In this document: positions 20,750 to 32,948 of the stretch, piece by piece | Numbering within the stretch: the stretch's first letter is position 1 | How the letters are laid out: the number at the start of each line of letters is the position of its first letter | NCBI GenBank assembly: GCA_947593355.1 | Contig: CANQDO010000003.1 | Span: 1-58,143 of the forward strand | Reading direction: 5' to 3' | Origin: an uncultured Clostridia bacterium | GTDB lineage: Bacteria; Bacillota; Clostridia; TANB77; CAG-508 | DNA length: 58,143 bases | Translations under genes and position numbers: made by a program | Notes under the pieces: generated by a model | Database searches by the model: none | Told to the model about the DNA's origin: nothing | The model's input: only the letters and a program-made list of their open reading frames with translations

Positions 20750-21865
20750 ATGAAGGAAATAGGAATTTATGTTCATATACCATTTTGCAAGCAGAAATGC
20801 TATTACTGTGATTTTCTGTCTTTTGCAAAATGTAATAGTAAAATAGATGCTTATATTAGGGCATTAATAGCAGAAATAGAAAAAAATAAAAACGAAGATG
20901 TGCAAGTTTCAACTATTTATATAGGAGGTGGCACACCTTCTATAATTTGTGAAGATTATATAGAACAAATAATAGAAACTTTAAAAAATAATTTTAATAT
21001 ATTAAAAAATGCAGAAATAACAATAGAAGTAAACCCAGGAACAGTAAATGAAGAAAAACTACAAAAGTATAAAAATATAGGAATTAACAGATTAAGTATA
21101 GGACTGCAATCTACAAATGATAGAATTTTAAAAGAAATAGGAAGAATTCATAATTATGAGCAATTTGTTAAGAACTATAAATTAGCAAGGAAAATTGGAT
21201 TTAACAATATAAATGTAGATTTAATGTTGGCACTTCCTAATCAAACAATTCAAAATTTAAAAGAAAGTATAGAAAAAATAGTAGAATTAAATCCTGAACA
21301 TATTTCGGTATATTCACTTATATTAGAAGAAAATACGGTATTAGAAAAATTAGTGAAAAATGGTGATTTAAAGCTCCCAAGTGACGATACAGAAAGAGAT
21401 ATGTATTGGTATGTTAAAAATAAGTTAGAAGAAGTAGGCTATAAGCATTATGAAATTTCAAATTTTGCCAAACCTAATTATGAATCAAAACATAATGTAA
21501 ATTGCTGGAAGCAGATGGAATATTTAGGGTTTGGGTTAGGAGCACACTCATATTATGAGGATAAAAGGTATTCAAACACAAGCATTTTAGATGAATATAT
21601 AAAAGGTGAAAACCATGTGCAAATTCATGAAATACAAAATTTAGAAGATAAACAAAAGGAATACATGATGTTAGGCTTAAGAAAAATAGACGGAGTAAAA
21701 ATTAGCGAATTTAAAAATAAGTTTGTACAAAATCCTATATATATATTTCGAAAAGAGCTTGAAAAATTGGAGCAAGAGGGCTTAATAAGCATTGATTTAG
21801 ACGAAATAAAACTAACTAATAAAGGAATAGATTTAGCAAATTTAGTATGGGAAGAATTTGTTTAA
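20750..21865 (+). CDS. hemW: Radical SAM heme chaperone HemW (HemN-like)
   Basis: YVHIPFC..KC.YCDF, GGGTPS, HYEISNFA; upstream of hrcA. Confidence 0.9.
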   Translation: MKEIGIYVHIPFCKQKCYYCDFLSFAKCNSKIDAYIRALIAEIEKNKNEDVQVSTIYIGGGTPSIICEDYIEQIIETLKNNFNILKNAEITIEVNPGTVNEEKLQKYKNIGINRLSIGLQSTNDRILKEIGRIHNYEQFVKNYKLARKIGFNNINVDLMLALPNQTIQNLKESIEKIVELNPEHISVYSLILEENTVLEKLVKNGDLKLPSDDTERDMYWYVKNKLEEVGYKHYEISNFAKPNYESKHNVNCWKQMEYLGFGLGAHSYYEDKRYSNTSILDEYIKGENHVQIHEIQNLEDKQKEYMMLGLRKIDGVKISEFKNKFVQNPIYIFRKELEKLEQEGLISIDLDEIKLTNKGIDLANLVWEEFV

Positions 21866-22008
21866 AAATGATACGAAATATGACAAAATGATACAAAAAA
21901 GTAGTTTTTTACATAAAATTAATTGACGTAATATGGAAAAGGTGATAAACTAAAAACATAATTTGTACTTTAGCATTAAATATATTAATTTAATGAAGGA
22001 GGATAGAC

Positions 22009-23196
22009 ATGTCGACGAGAAAAAAGCAGAGCATCTATAATTCAGAAATTCGGGAGAATAACCAGAGTGCAGATAATGTAAAAGAAGTGGTTGACAGTAA
22101 AAACAATAGGAGCAATGCAAAAACAAAAACCAAAAAGCAGAAGGACGCAGAGCTAGGGGGAACCGATAAAAAAACACATGTTGAAGAAAACGAAGACTAC
22201 AAGATTGTATTACCGGATATGAAGTCAATAGAGAAATCTGTTTTGGGAAGCATTGTTGGGCAAGATGAGCAAGTAAGGCAAGTAATTACAGCCATATATA
22301 GGGCAAAGGAATTAAAATCTATTAAAGCTAATGTGCTTATCATTGGAAACAGTGGGACAGGCAAAACAGAAACAATAAAGCAAGTGGCAAAAAGATTAAG
22401 AATTCCTTATACAGAGGAAGATGCTACCAAATATACTCAAGAAGGATATTGGGGTGCAGATGTAGTAGATATGTTGTACCATTTGTTGGACAAAACTAAC
22501 GGAAATATAAAAGAAGCAGAAAATGGTATAATAATTATTGACGAAATTGATAAAAAGGCAGGTAATGATGTACGGGATGTTTCCGGCGTAACTGTACTTA
22601 ATAGTTTATTAAAAATTATTGAGGGGAGTATTGTAGAACTTGACGATTTAGCCGATCCATTTGGAGAAGAAATAATCCAATTTAACACTAAAAATTTAAT
22701 TATAATCTTTTTAGGAGCATTCAAGGGACTGGAAAAAATAAGAGATAAGAGATTAAACAGAAACATGGTGGGATTTGCGTATAATGAAGAGCACAAAAAA
22801 ACAAATGCGCAAAAAACAAGATTTTTGAAACAAGATTTAGTTAAGTATGGAATGCCTGAAGAGTTTGTTGGAAGGATTGATACAATAATTGAAATGAATA
22901 AGTTGACAAAAGAAGATTTGGCAACAATACTGGCAAAATCCAACTTATCCATTTTCAAAAGGTATAGGGCAGAACTTAAAAAGAAGGGGGTTAAATTAGT
23001 ACATTCAAGAAAACTGTATGATATTATTGCAGAAAAGTCTTTGACTTTAGATACTGGAGCCAGAGAATTGAGCAATACTGTAAACTACATTTTCGAAAAT
23101 ATCATTTATGAAGTTTTAGCTAATCCGGGAAAGTATACAAGGTGTGTATTGTCTCCACAGATTGTAGATGATAACACAAAATTTGAATTGTCGTAA
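22009..23196 (+). CDS. ClpX-like AAA+ ATPase lacking the N-terminal zinc-binding domain
   Basis: VGQDE, GNSGTGKT, DATKYTQEGYWG, IDEIDK, RDVSG, VGF loop, GMPEEFVGR, TGAREL. Confidence 0.85.
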   Translation: MSTRKKQSIYNSEIRENNQSADNVKEVVDSKNNRSNAKTKTKKQKDAELGGTDKKTHVEENEDYKIVLPDMKSIEKSVLGSIVGQDEQVRQVITAIYRAKELKSIKANVLIIGNSGTGKTETIKQVAKRLRIPYTEEDATKYTQEGYWGADVVDMLYHLLDKTNGNIKEAENGIIIIDEIDKKAGNDVRDVSGVTVLNSLLKIIEGSIVELDDLADPFGEEIIQFNTKNLIIIFLGAFKGLEKIRDKRLNRNMVGFAYNEEHKKTNAQKTRFLKQDLVKYGMPEEFVGRIDTIIEMNKLTKEDLATILAKSNLSIFKRYRAELKKKGVKLVHSRKLYDIIAEKSLTLDTGARELSNTVNYIFENIIYEVLANPGKYTRCVLSPQIVDDNTKFELS

Positions 23197-23278
23197 GTCA
23201 AAACTTAATATAGGCTCGAGGGCAAAACATTTTTATTAATGTGAATTTTAGAGCAAAATATAGCTATAATTCGAGCTT

Positions 23279-23314
23279 AATGCAAAATACCGCTTAATGC
23301 GGTATTTTTGCATT
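23279..23314 (+). terminator. Intrinsic terminator
   Basis: AATGCAAAATACCGC / GCGGTATTTTTGCATT. Confidence 0.8.
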
Positions 23315-23391
23315 GTATGAGATATATTAATTTACAAAATTTGCGTATATAAATACAATTTTATAAAATCACAAAAAATTCACACAAAAAA

Positions 23392-23468
23392 TTAGCAATC
23401 TGTATTGACATTTGCTAAAATTGGTTATAATATATAACAAGTTAGCACTCTAACTGTTAAAGTGCTAA
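23392..23468 (+). promoter_or_regulatory. hrcA promoter with CIRCE operator (23442-23468) and a degenerate second CIRCE (23392-23418) over the -35
   Basis: TTAGCACTC-N9-AAGTGCTAA; TTAGCAATC-N9-ATTTGCTAA; TTGACA at 23405. Confidence 0.9.
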
Positions 23469-23515
23469 AAGTTAAAATATAAGGTTAAGATAGTTGCAAG
23501 TAAAGAGGTGATAAA

Positions 23516-24586
23516 GTGTTAGACGATAGAAAGAAAAAGATTCTACAAGCAGTAATAGATGAATACATAAACACAGCAGAGCCAGTAAGTTCAGGAGCAT
23601 TAGTAAAAAAATATAATTTAAAATATAGTAGTGCTACCGTAAGAAATGAGCTTGCAGAACTTGAAGGTAAAGGTTATTTAGATAAAACTCACACTTCATC
23701 AGGCAGAGTTCCTTCAGAAAAAGGTTATAGGTTTTACGTAGATGAACTTATAAAAGATGACAATATTTCTTTAGAAGAAATCAAATATATACAATCAAAA
23801 TTAGGTACAAAAGTAAACGAAATAGAAGACTTAACCAAAATTGCAACAACAACTTTATCAGAAATAACACATTATACAACGGTTTCAATAGGGCCAAAAG
23901 CGCAAACGCAGATAATACAAGAAATAAAATTTGTATTGTTAGGTTCAAGAATGTTAATGGTTGTAATAGTTACAGATAGTGGCTTGGTTAAAGAAACAAT
24001 AATAAAATATAATGAAGATATAACTGAAAGTCAAGTAGAAACATTAAATAACCTTTTCAACAGTAAGCTTAAAGGAAAACCGTTAAGTAAAATAGATAAA
24101 CCAATGGAAGAATATATACTTTCAGAAATAAAATATAGCATAGATGTTATAAAACCAATTATAGAGCAAATAAATAAAATAATAGAAGCGGAAGAAAATA
24201 TATATTTAGAAGGAGCAAACAAATCACTTGAATTACCTGAATTTAAAAGCCTAGAGCTTGTGAAAAACTTTGTAAATATATTAGACGAAAAAGACTTGAT
24301 GATAGATGTATTGAACTCAGGATTGGCCAAAGATATAAATGTATATATCGGAGACGAAAATGAAAATGAACAATTAAAAGACTTTAGTATAGTAACTTTT
24401 AAACATTCTGTAGGTGATAAAGATTTAGGAACAATAGGAATAATAGGACCGAAAAGAATGAATTATTCAAAAGTAATTTCAGTAATGAAATATATAAGCA
24501 AAAAAATGAATATGGACTTAAAAATGCAAGATGATGCGGAACAAGATGAAAATAGAACCGAAGACGATAAAAATAATTCAAATTAA
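23516..24586 (+). CDS. hrcA: Heat-inducible transcription repressor HrcA
   Basis: SSATVRNELAELE..GYL..HTSSGRVPSEKGYRFYVD, GIIGPKRMNY. Confidence 0.96.
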   Translation: MLDDRKKKILQAVIDEYINTAEPVSSGALVKKYNLKYSSATVRNELAELEGKGYLDKTHTSSGRVPSEKGYRFYVDELIKDDNISLEEIKYIQSKLGTKVNEIEDLTKIATTTLSEITHYTTVSIGPKAQTQIIQEIKFVLLGSRMLMVVIVTDSGLVKETIIKYNEDITESQVETLNNLFNSKLKGKPLSKIDKPMEEYILSEIKYSIDVIKPIIEQINKIIEAEENIYLEGANKSLELPEFKSLELVKNFVNILDEKDLMIDVLNSGLAKDINVYIGDENENEQLKDFSIVTFKHSVGDKDLGTIGIIGPKRMNYSKVISVMKYISKKMNMDLKMQDDAEQDENRTEDDKNNSN

Positions 24587-24602
24587 ATAAAGGAGGAAAC
24601 AA

Positions 24603-25157
24603 ATGGCAGAAAACGAGGAAAAAAAAGAAGAAAAGAACTTGAAGAATGAAGAAACAGGCAAAAATGAAGAAGACACAAAAAATGAAGAAAATTGTGAAAA
24701 TGAAGAAATGAAATTAAAAGACACAATACTTCTTCAAAAGAAGCAATTAGAAGAACAAGATGATAGGTTAAAAAGATTAATGGCAGAATTTGATAATTTC
24801 AAGAAAAGAAGTTCAAAAGAGAGAGAAGGCTTATATAATTCTTTAGTATCAGACATTTTTACAAACTTGCTACCAGTTATAGATAATTTAGAAAAAGCGG
24901 TGGAAGCTGAAACTAAAGATGTAAATTACAAGCAAGGTGTAGAGCTAGTTTTAAAACAATTTAAAGACGTTTTAAAATTAAATGGTGTTGAAGAAATAGA
25001 AACAGTTGGAAAAACTTTTGATCCTGAACTTCACGAAGCAGTAAGTTTAGTGCAAGACGAAAATTTAGGCGAAAAAGAAATAAAGGAAGAATACAGAAAA
25101 GGCTATAAGATAGGAAGTAAAGTAATACGCCATTCAATGGTAGTGGTTGCAAACTAA
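24603..25157 (+). CDS. grpE: Nucleotide exchange factor GrpE
   Basis: AEFDNFKKR, FDPELHEAV, KGY.IG.KVIR. Confidence 0.96.
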   Translation: MAENEEKKEEKNLKNEETGKNEEDTKNEENCENEEMKLKDTILLQKKQLEEQDDRLKRLMAEFDNFKKRSSKEREGLYNSLVSDIFTNLLPVIDNLEKAVEAETKDVNYKQGVELVLKQFKDVLKLNGVEEIETVGKTFDPELHEAVSLVQDENLGEKEIKEEYRKGYKIGSKVIRHSMVVVAN

Positions 25158-25306
25158 AAAATTAAAAGAATAATAAAAATATTGTAGAGCTATACTAAAT
25201 ATAATAAGCAGAAAATCACTAGTATAGGAATAAAAAAGTTATTAATTTTCATACCAAATAATATTTTGGTAAGCAATATATATAGGTGAATGGAAGTTAA
25301 AAGTAT

Positions 25307-25337
25307 TAAACTATTTAACCCCGTCCCTAATAGTTTA
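25307..25337 (-). repeat. Single REP unit just upstream of the dnaK RBS
   Basis: Exact reverse complement of the consensus. Confidence 0.95.
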
Positions 25338-25338
25338 A

Positions 25339-27237
<1,899 letters not shown>

Positions 27238-27321
27238 TAAAGAAAGATAATAAGTTATACTTGAGCAAGAGGTTGGAAAGGCAAAATTCCAACCTCAAAC
27301 TTAAGTTAAAAGGAGAAATAT

Positions 27322-27696
27322 ATGTCAAAACAAAATTTAACTATATCTGAAATGCAAGAAATGCAACATGAGTTATATGAAGCAAATAAAGAAAAATGGG
27401 GAGATGCAAAACCAGAACATGCTAAAGATCATATATTATTTATGATAGAAGAAATAGGAGAATGCATATCTATTATTAAGAAAAAAGGAATAGACTCAAT
27501 TATGAAAGATAAAGATGTAAGGAGTAGATTCCTTGAAGAGATAACAGATGTACAAAATTACTATATAGAAGTATTAAATAGGCTTAATATAACTCCAGAA
27601 GAATACTCAAATGCGTATATACAGAAGCATATTTACAATATGAACAGAAATTATGAAAAGGATAATTCTAGAAAATATAATAATAAGACATTTTAG
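27322..27696 (+). CDS. MazG-like nucleotide pyrophosphohydrolase
   Basis: EEIGE...EEITDV all-alpha NTP-PPase pattern. Confidence 0.65.
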   Translation: MSKQNLTISEMQEMQHELYEANKEKWGDAKPEHAKDHILFMIEEIGECISIIKKKGIDSIMKDKDVRSRFLEEITDVQNYYIEVLNRLNITPEEYSNAYIQKHIYNMNRNYEKDNSRKYNNKTF

Positions 27697-27708
27697 TAGG
27701 AGGAAAAA

Positions 27709-28863
27709 ATGGCAGGAAAAAGAGATTATTATGAGGTATTAGGTGTAGAGAAAAATGCTACAGATGATGAATTAAAAAAAGCATATAGAAAACTTGCAAA
27801 AAAATATCATCCTGATGCAAACCCAGATAATAAAAAAGAAGCAGAGGCTAAATTTAAAGAAGTAAATGAAGCATATGAAACTTTATCAAACCCTGAAAAA
27901 AGAAGAATGTATGATCAATTTGGACCAGATGGACCTCAAGGTTTCGGAGGAGGAGCCGGAGGTCAAGGAGGCTATTATTCATACTCTAGTTCTGGTTTTG
28001 ATGGTTTCGGTGATTTTGGCGATTTAGGAGATATATTTTCATCATTCTTTGGAGGAGGTTTTGGAGGAAGAACCTCATCAAGGCATACAGGACCAATTAA
28101 AGGTGCAGATTTAAAAACCAGTATAGATATAACTTTTGAAGAAGCATATTTAGGAGTGGAAAAGGAAATATCAATAAGTAGAAATGAAACATGCAATCAC
28201 TGCCATGGAAGTGGGGCAAGACCAGGAACGAGTCCAGAAACTTGTACAGTATGTAGAGGTACAGGTGTTGTAAAACAAGTACAAACAACGATATTAGGTC
28301 AAATGCAAACACAAAGACCATGTAGTAATTGTCATGGAACAGGTAAGGTAATAAAAGAACCATGTGAGGAATGTAAAGGAAAAGGAACTATTAGAAAACA
28401 AGCTAGAATAAAAGTAAAAATTCCAGCTGGAATAGATGATGAACAAACTATAGTATTAAGAAAAGAAGGCGAACCAGGAGAAAGAGGAGGTCCACAGGGA
28501 GATTTATACATAATTGTTCGTATAAAAAGGCATAGCATTTATACTAGAAAGGGAGACAAAGTATTTTGTGATATTCCAATTACATTTACTCAAGCAACAT
28601 TAGGTGCAGAGCTAGAAATACCTATGGTAGATGGAACTAAAGAAAAATATAGAATACCAGAGGGTACTCAAACTGGAACAAAATTTACAATAAAAAATAA
28701 AGGCTTTAAATCAGTAAATGGAAATTATCAAGGAGATTTTGTATTTACTGTGCAGGTTCAAGTACCAAAAAGGTTAAGCAAAGAGCAAAGAGATTTGCTA
28801 GTAGAGCTTGCTAAAACAATGAATGAACAGCCCCCAGTAAAAAAACGTGGCATATTTGGTTAA
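27709..28863 (+). CDS. dnaJ: Chaperone DnaJ
   Basis: J-domain HPD, G/F region, four CxxCxGxG repeats. Confidence 0.98.
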   Translation: MAGKRDYYEVLGVEKNATDDELKKAYRKLAKKYHPDANPDNKKEAEAKFKEVNEAYETLSNPEKRRMYDQFGPDGPQGFGGGAGGQGGYYSYSSSGFDGFGDFGDLGDIFSSFFGGGFGGRTSSRHTGPIKGADLKTSIDITFEEAYLGVEKEISISRNETCNHCHGSGARPGTSPETCTVCRGTGVVKQVQTTILGQMQTQRPCSNCHGTGKVIKEPCEECKGKGTIRKQARIKVKIPAGIDDEQTIVLRKEGEPGERGGPQGDLYIIVRIKRHSIYTRKGDKVFCDIPITFTQATLGAELEIPMVDGTKEKYRIPEGTQTGTKFTIKNKGFKSVNGNYQGDFVFTVQVQVPKRLSKEQRDLLVELAKTMNEQPPVKKRGIFG

Positions 28864-29135
28864 ACTATTAAACTATTAGGGACGGGGTTAAATAGTTTAG
28901 TAAATTAATTACTTTATTTCAAAACATAGATATATTATTTATTTAGTAACTCTTAAACTGCATAATAGCTTGTAAAAATTTTATTTTAAGTAAAACAAGT
29001 TTTACAAAATAAAATTTTTACAAGCTATAATTTGTTGCTACCCACAAAATGTTACTAAATAAATAATATATCTATGTTTTGTAAGTATTTTAATATATTT
29101 TTACTAAACTATTTAACCCCGTCCCTAATAGTTTA
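28861..29135. repeat. Two-unit REP palindrome (28869-28899+, 29105-29135-) preceded by an 8-bp partial duplication, enclosing the long hairpin 28917-29084
   Basis: Starts at the dnaJ TAA; core nearly identical to 9249-9417. Confidence 0.95.
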
Positions 29136-29222
29136 ATTAATTTTTGTTATAATATAGTTGAAAAAAAATAGATATTCATGATAAAATATTTTAAAATATT
29201 AAATGTCAAAAAAGAGGTAAAT

Positions 29223-29993
29223 ATGCAAAAATTTTTTGTAAATAATAATCAAATAGAGAGCGGAAAAATAAATATAAATGGTGAAGATGTAAATCATATA
29301 GTAAATGTATTAAGACTAAATACAAATGACGAAATACAAATTTGCAATATAGATACATCAGAAAATTATATAGCTCAAATTACTAATTGTACAAAAAGCG
29401 AAGTAATATGTAAAATATTAAACAAAATAGAAGAAACTGTCGAATCAAATATAAAAATAGACATATATCAAGGGCTCCCAAAAGCAGATAAAATGGAACT
29501 TATTATTCAAAAAACTACAGAAATAGGTGTAAGAAGTATAGTTCCAGTGGAAATGGAAAGGAGCATTGTAAAGTTAGATGCAAAAGATAGGCAAAAAAAA
29601 GTAGAAAGATGGCAAAAAATTGCAGAAGTAGCAGCAAAACAAAGCAAAAGAGATATTATACCTAAAGTAGAAAATTGTATAAATATAAAAGAAATATTGA
29701 ATAGAATAAATAATTATGATAAATTTATAGTAGCATATGAGGAAGAAAAAAATACAACATTAAAACAAGTCTTAAAATCCATAAAGGAACAAGAATTGCT
29801 AGATGGAGAAAAGTTCAAAGATAAAAATATAACAATAGGCGTTTTAATAGGACCAGAAGGTGGAATTGATGCAAAAGAAATAGAATTATTTAAAGAAAAA
29901 GCAAGTATTGTTACTTTAGGCAAAAGAATATTAAGAACAGAAACTGCACCAATAGTAATATCAAGTATTATTATTTATGAATTAGAAAATTAA
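29223..29993 (+). CDS. rsmE: 16S rRNA m3U1498 methyltransferase (probable start 29223)
   Basis: HIVNVLR, KMELIIQKTTEIG, AAKQSKR, IGPEGG, LGKRILRTETA. Confidence 0.95.
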   Translation: MQKFFVNNNQIESGKININGEDVNHIVNVLRLNTNDEIQICNIDTSENYIAQITNCTKSEVICKILNKIEETVESNIKIDIYQGLPKADKMELIIQKTTEIGVRSIVPVEMERSIVKLDAKDRQKKVERWQKIAEVAAKQSKRDIIPKVENCINIKEILNRINNYDKFIVAYEEEKNTTLKQVLKSIKEQELLDGEKFKDKNITIGVLIGPEGGIDAKEIELFKEKASIVTLGKRILRTETAPIVISSIIIYELEN

Positions 29994-30004
29994 GGAGTTG
30001 TATA

Positions 30005-31360
30005 TTGCAAATGAATGAAGAAAAAAATGAAGAACCAAAGAAAAAAACTGTAAGAAGAGTAAAATCAAATGATATTAGCAAAACTGAACTAGAAAATGAA
30101 AAAGTTGAGCCTAAAAAAACGGTAGCTAAAAGGAGTTCAACAGCATTAACTTCGAGCTCAAAAAGTTCGAAAAAAGAAAGTTCAGCAAAAAAAAGTCCGG
30201 CTAAAAAAACATCAACAGTAAAAACTTCAGCAAAAATAAGTTCAACCCAAAAGCTTGTAGAACAAAAGGGTGAGGAAAAAGAAGATGAAGTTAAAGAAGA
30301 AAATATAGAAATTAAAGATGAATTAGAAAGTAAAGAAAATCAAGAAATTAAGAAAACTAAAACACAAAAAGCAGAAGTAGAAGATAGACTTGCTAGTATT
30401 AAAAGCATGCTAGAAGCAAGCGGAAATTTATCGACGCCAAATAAAAAAACAAGAACTACATCAAAAACTAGCACTAAGATAAAGGTTGAAGGTGTTAAAA
30501 GCAAAACTAAATTAGAGAAAAAAGAAGACGAAATACCTAATAAAGAAGAAGTTAAAAGTAGTGAAAGAAAATCAAAAAAAGAAGATATTAACCAAGAAAA
30601 GGTAAAAAGCAAAACAAAACCTAGAAATACAAATAGAATAGAAAAAATAGAAAATACTGATAAAAAAGAAAAAAGCACTAATAGTAAATCAATAAACAAA
30701 GAAAACAACAAAGCTAAAAGAGAAACGGGTAAAGCTAAAGAAAAAAATACAAAAGAAAATAAGAAAAAAGAAACATCAAAAGCACAAATAGAAGAAGATA
30801 TACAAAAAGAATTAGAAGAAGATGAATTAACATCATCAAAAAGAAAAATAAAGAAAAAAGAAGTAAAAGAAGAAGAAAAGTTAAATTTAATAAAACAAGA
30901 AATAGATATTTTTAGAGATAAAAAGAAAAAAAGTTTATCAAAAGTACATAGTAAAGTAACAGCAAATGTAGGAATAATTATGGCCATAGTTTTATATTTT
31001 AGTTTTATGTATTTGGGTTATAAGAATATAGATGCAAATACATTTTTAGTAGATTTAAAAGTGTTTAGCATAATAATAGTAGCAATAACAATATTTATGT
31101 TTGAACTAGCGTATAAAAAAGATAGTGGTAAGTTAGCAATTAATGGAATAGAATTACTAATTATTTCAATAGTAACATTGCTTGCAACATTTGTATATCA
31201 GAGGTATAATGAGTTATTTGTGAAGATAGGAGCAATAGTTACAATTACATTTGTAATGTACTACATATTAAAAACAATCATTATTTATGCAAAAGATAAA
31301 AAACTTGCAAAAAGGCAACCATTTGATATAAAGAAAATAATAAGTGACGAAAGAGAATAG
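30005..31360 (+). CDS. Hypothetical membrane protein: long K/E/S/T-rich N-terminus and about four C-terminal TM helices
   Basis: RBS AAGGAG, TTG start, hydrophobic C-terminal segments. Confidence 0.75.
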   Translation: MQMNEEKNEEPKKKTVRRVKSNDISKTELENEKVEPKKTVAKRSSTALTSSSKSSKKESSAKKSPAKKTSTVKTSAKISSTQKLVEQKGEEKEDEVKEENIEIKDELESKENQEIKKTKTQKAEVEDRLASIKSMLEASGNLSTPNKKTRTTSKTSTKIKVEGVKSKTKLEKKEDEIPNKEEVKSSERKSKKEDINQEKVKSKTKPRNTNRIEKIENTDKKEKSTNSKSINKENNKAKRETGKAKEKNTKENKKKETSKAQIEEDIQKELEEDELTSSKRKIKKKEVKEEEKLNLIKQEIDIFRDKKKKSLSKVHSKVTANVGIIMAIVLYFSFMYLGYKNIDANTFLVDLKVFSIIIVAITIFMFELAYKKDSGKLAINGIELLIISIVTLLATFVYQRYNELFVKIGAIVTITFVMYYILKTIIIYAKDKKLAKRQPFDIKKIISDERE

Positions 31361-31505
31361 TTTACTTAAATGCAAAATAAAAAATAATTTAAATGAAAAG
31401 TAAGTAAATAGTTTAAATGAAAAGTAAGTAAATAATTTAAAGTAATGGTAAGTAAAATAGTAAAATTGAAATAATAAATAATTCAAAAAAGAGGAGAATT
31501 ATATA

Positions 31506-32381
31506 ATGAAAAGTATGACTGGCTTCGGAAGAGCAAAACTTGAAAAAAATAATAGAATATATGGAATAGAAATAAAATCAGTAAATCATAAATATAGTGA
31601 TATTTCAATAAAATTGCCAAGAAGTATAAGCTATATGGAAGATAATATAAAAAAAGAAGTATTAAAAAATATATCAAGAGGAAAAATAGATGTATTCATT
31701 ACTTACGAAAATTATAGTGAACAAGGAAAAGATGTAATAATAAATCATGAATTGGTAAAAAAATATATAACAGAATTTAATAAATTTGCAGAAGAAAACA
31801 ACTTAAGCATGGACATACCTATTACAGAAATAACAAAACTTCCAGATGTACTCACACTAAGAACTATAGAGGATGACGAGGATATAATACAAAGTGAAGT
31901 TTTAGAAGCATTAAATATGTCCATTTCAAATTTTGTAAACATGAGATTGCAAGAAGGAGAAAAAATAAAAGAAGACTTAAAAAGGAGAATAGAAGAAGTA
32001 GAAAAAAAAGTACAGGAAATTTCTGTATATTCTACTGGACTTATTGAAGAATATGTAGTAAAATTAAATCAGAGATTAAAAGAAATGCTAAAAACTGACT
32101 CTATAAACGAAGAAAGAGTATTAACAGAAGTAGTAATATATGCAGATAAATGTTCAATAGAAGAAGAACTAACAAGACTTAATAGCCATATTAATCAATT
32201 TAAACAACTAATTAATGAAGAGCAACCTGTAGGTAAAAAACTAGACTTTCTAATTCAGGAAATGAATAGAGAAACAAATACCATTGGCTCAAAGTCTGTA
32301 AAATTAGAAATAACAAACCTAGTAATTGATATAAAAACGAATCTAGAAGATATACGAGAACAAATACAGAATGTAGAATAA
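31506..32381 (+). CDS. yloC: YicC/YloC family endoribonuclease
   Basis: MKSMTGFGR, EIKSVNH, EELTRL, GKKLDFLIQEMNRETNTIGSK, IREQIQNVE. Confidence 0.95.
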   Translation: MKSMTGFGRAKLEKNNRIYGIEIKSVNHKYSDISIKLPRSISYMEDNIKKEVLKNISRGKIDVFITYENYSEQGKDVIINHELVKKYITEFNKFAEENNLSMDIPITEITKLPDVLTLRTIEDDEDIIQSEVLEALNMSISNFVNMRLQEGEKIKEDLKRRIEEVEKKVQEISVYSTGLIEEYVVKLNQRLKEMLKTDSINEERVLTEVVIYADKCSIEEELTRLNSHINQFKQLINEEQPVGKKLDFLIQEMNRETNTIGSKSVKLEITNLVIDIKTNLEDIREQIQNVE

Positions 32382-32433
32382 CCAAAAGTAGAGTAGAGAC
32401 GCATTATTCTTAAGTAGAAAAGGAGGCGTTGTT

Positions 32434-32667
32434 ATGAAATTAATTAATATTGGGTTTGGTAATATTGTTTCAACAGACAGAGTTATAGCTATAGTAAGTC
32501 CAGAATCTGCACCAATAAAAAGACTAATACAAGACGCAAGAGATAGTGGAAATGCAATAGACGCGACATGTGGAAGAAAAACAAGGGCAGTATTAATAAT
32601 GGATTCAGGTCACATTATTTTGTCTGCTGTACAACCAGAAACCGTGGCAGGAAGATTAAATGAGTAA
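32434..32667 (+). CDS. remA: RemA (DUF370) regulator
   Basis: [41 protein letters not shown]. Confidence 0.95.
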   Translation: MKLINIGFGNIVSTDRVIAIVSPESAPIKRLIQDARDSGNAIDATCGRKTRAVLIMDSGHIILSAVQPETVAGRLNE

Positions 32668-32695
32668 ACTATTAGGGACGGGGTTAAATAGTTTA
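32665..32695 (+). repeat. Single REP unit overlapping the remA stop codon
   Basis: Exact consensus. Confidence 0.95.
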
Positions 32696-32741
32696 ATGAA
32701 CTTTATATTAAAATAAGTAAGAATTAAGGGGAGGAATTATA

Positions 32742-32936
32742 ATGATAGTAAAACCAACAACAGCTGAATTACTAAGTAAAACAGATAACAAGTTTAGGTT
32801 AGTAATAGCAACAGCTAAAAGGGCTAGACAAATAGCCAATGGTAGTGATCCATTGGTAGAAAGTGAAGAAACATCACCAGTAACACTTGCTGCAGAAGAA
32901 ATTGCAGAAGGAAAAGTAGAAATAGAAAAGGAGTAA
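32742..32936 (+). CDS. rpoZ: RNA polymerase omega subunit
   Basis: NKFRLVIATAKRARQI, PVTLAAEEI. Confidence 0.93.
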   Translation: MIVKPTTAELLSKTDNKFRLVIATAKRARQIANGSDPLVESEETSPVTLAAEEIAEGKVEIEKE

Positions 32937-32948
32937 TTAAGGGTAATT

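Noticed and set aside
31388-31460. About 2.5 copies of a 24-bp AT-rich tandem repeat; similar short repeats near 20660-20740 and 43060-43105
   Set aside because: Low-complexity slippage products with no evident structure.
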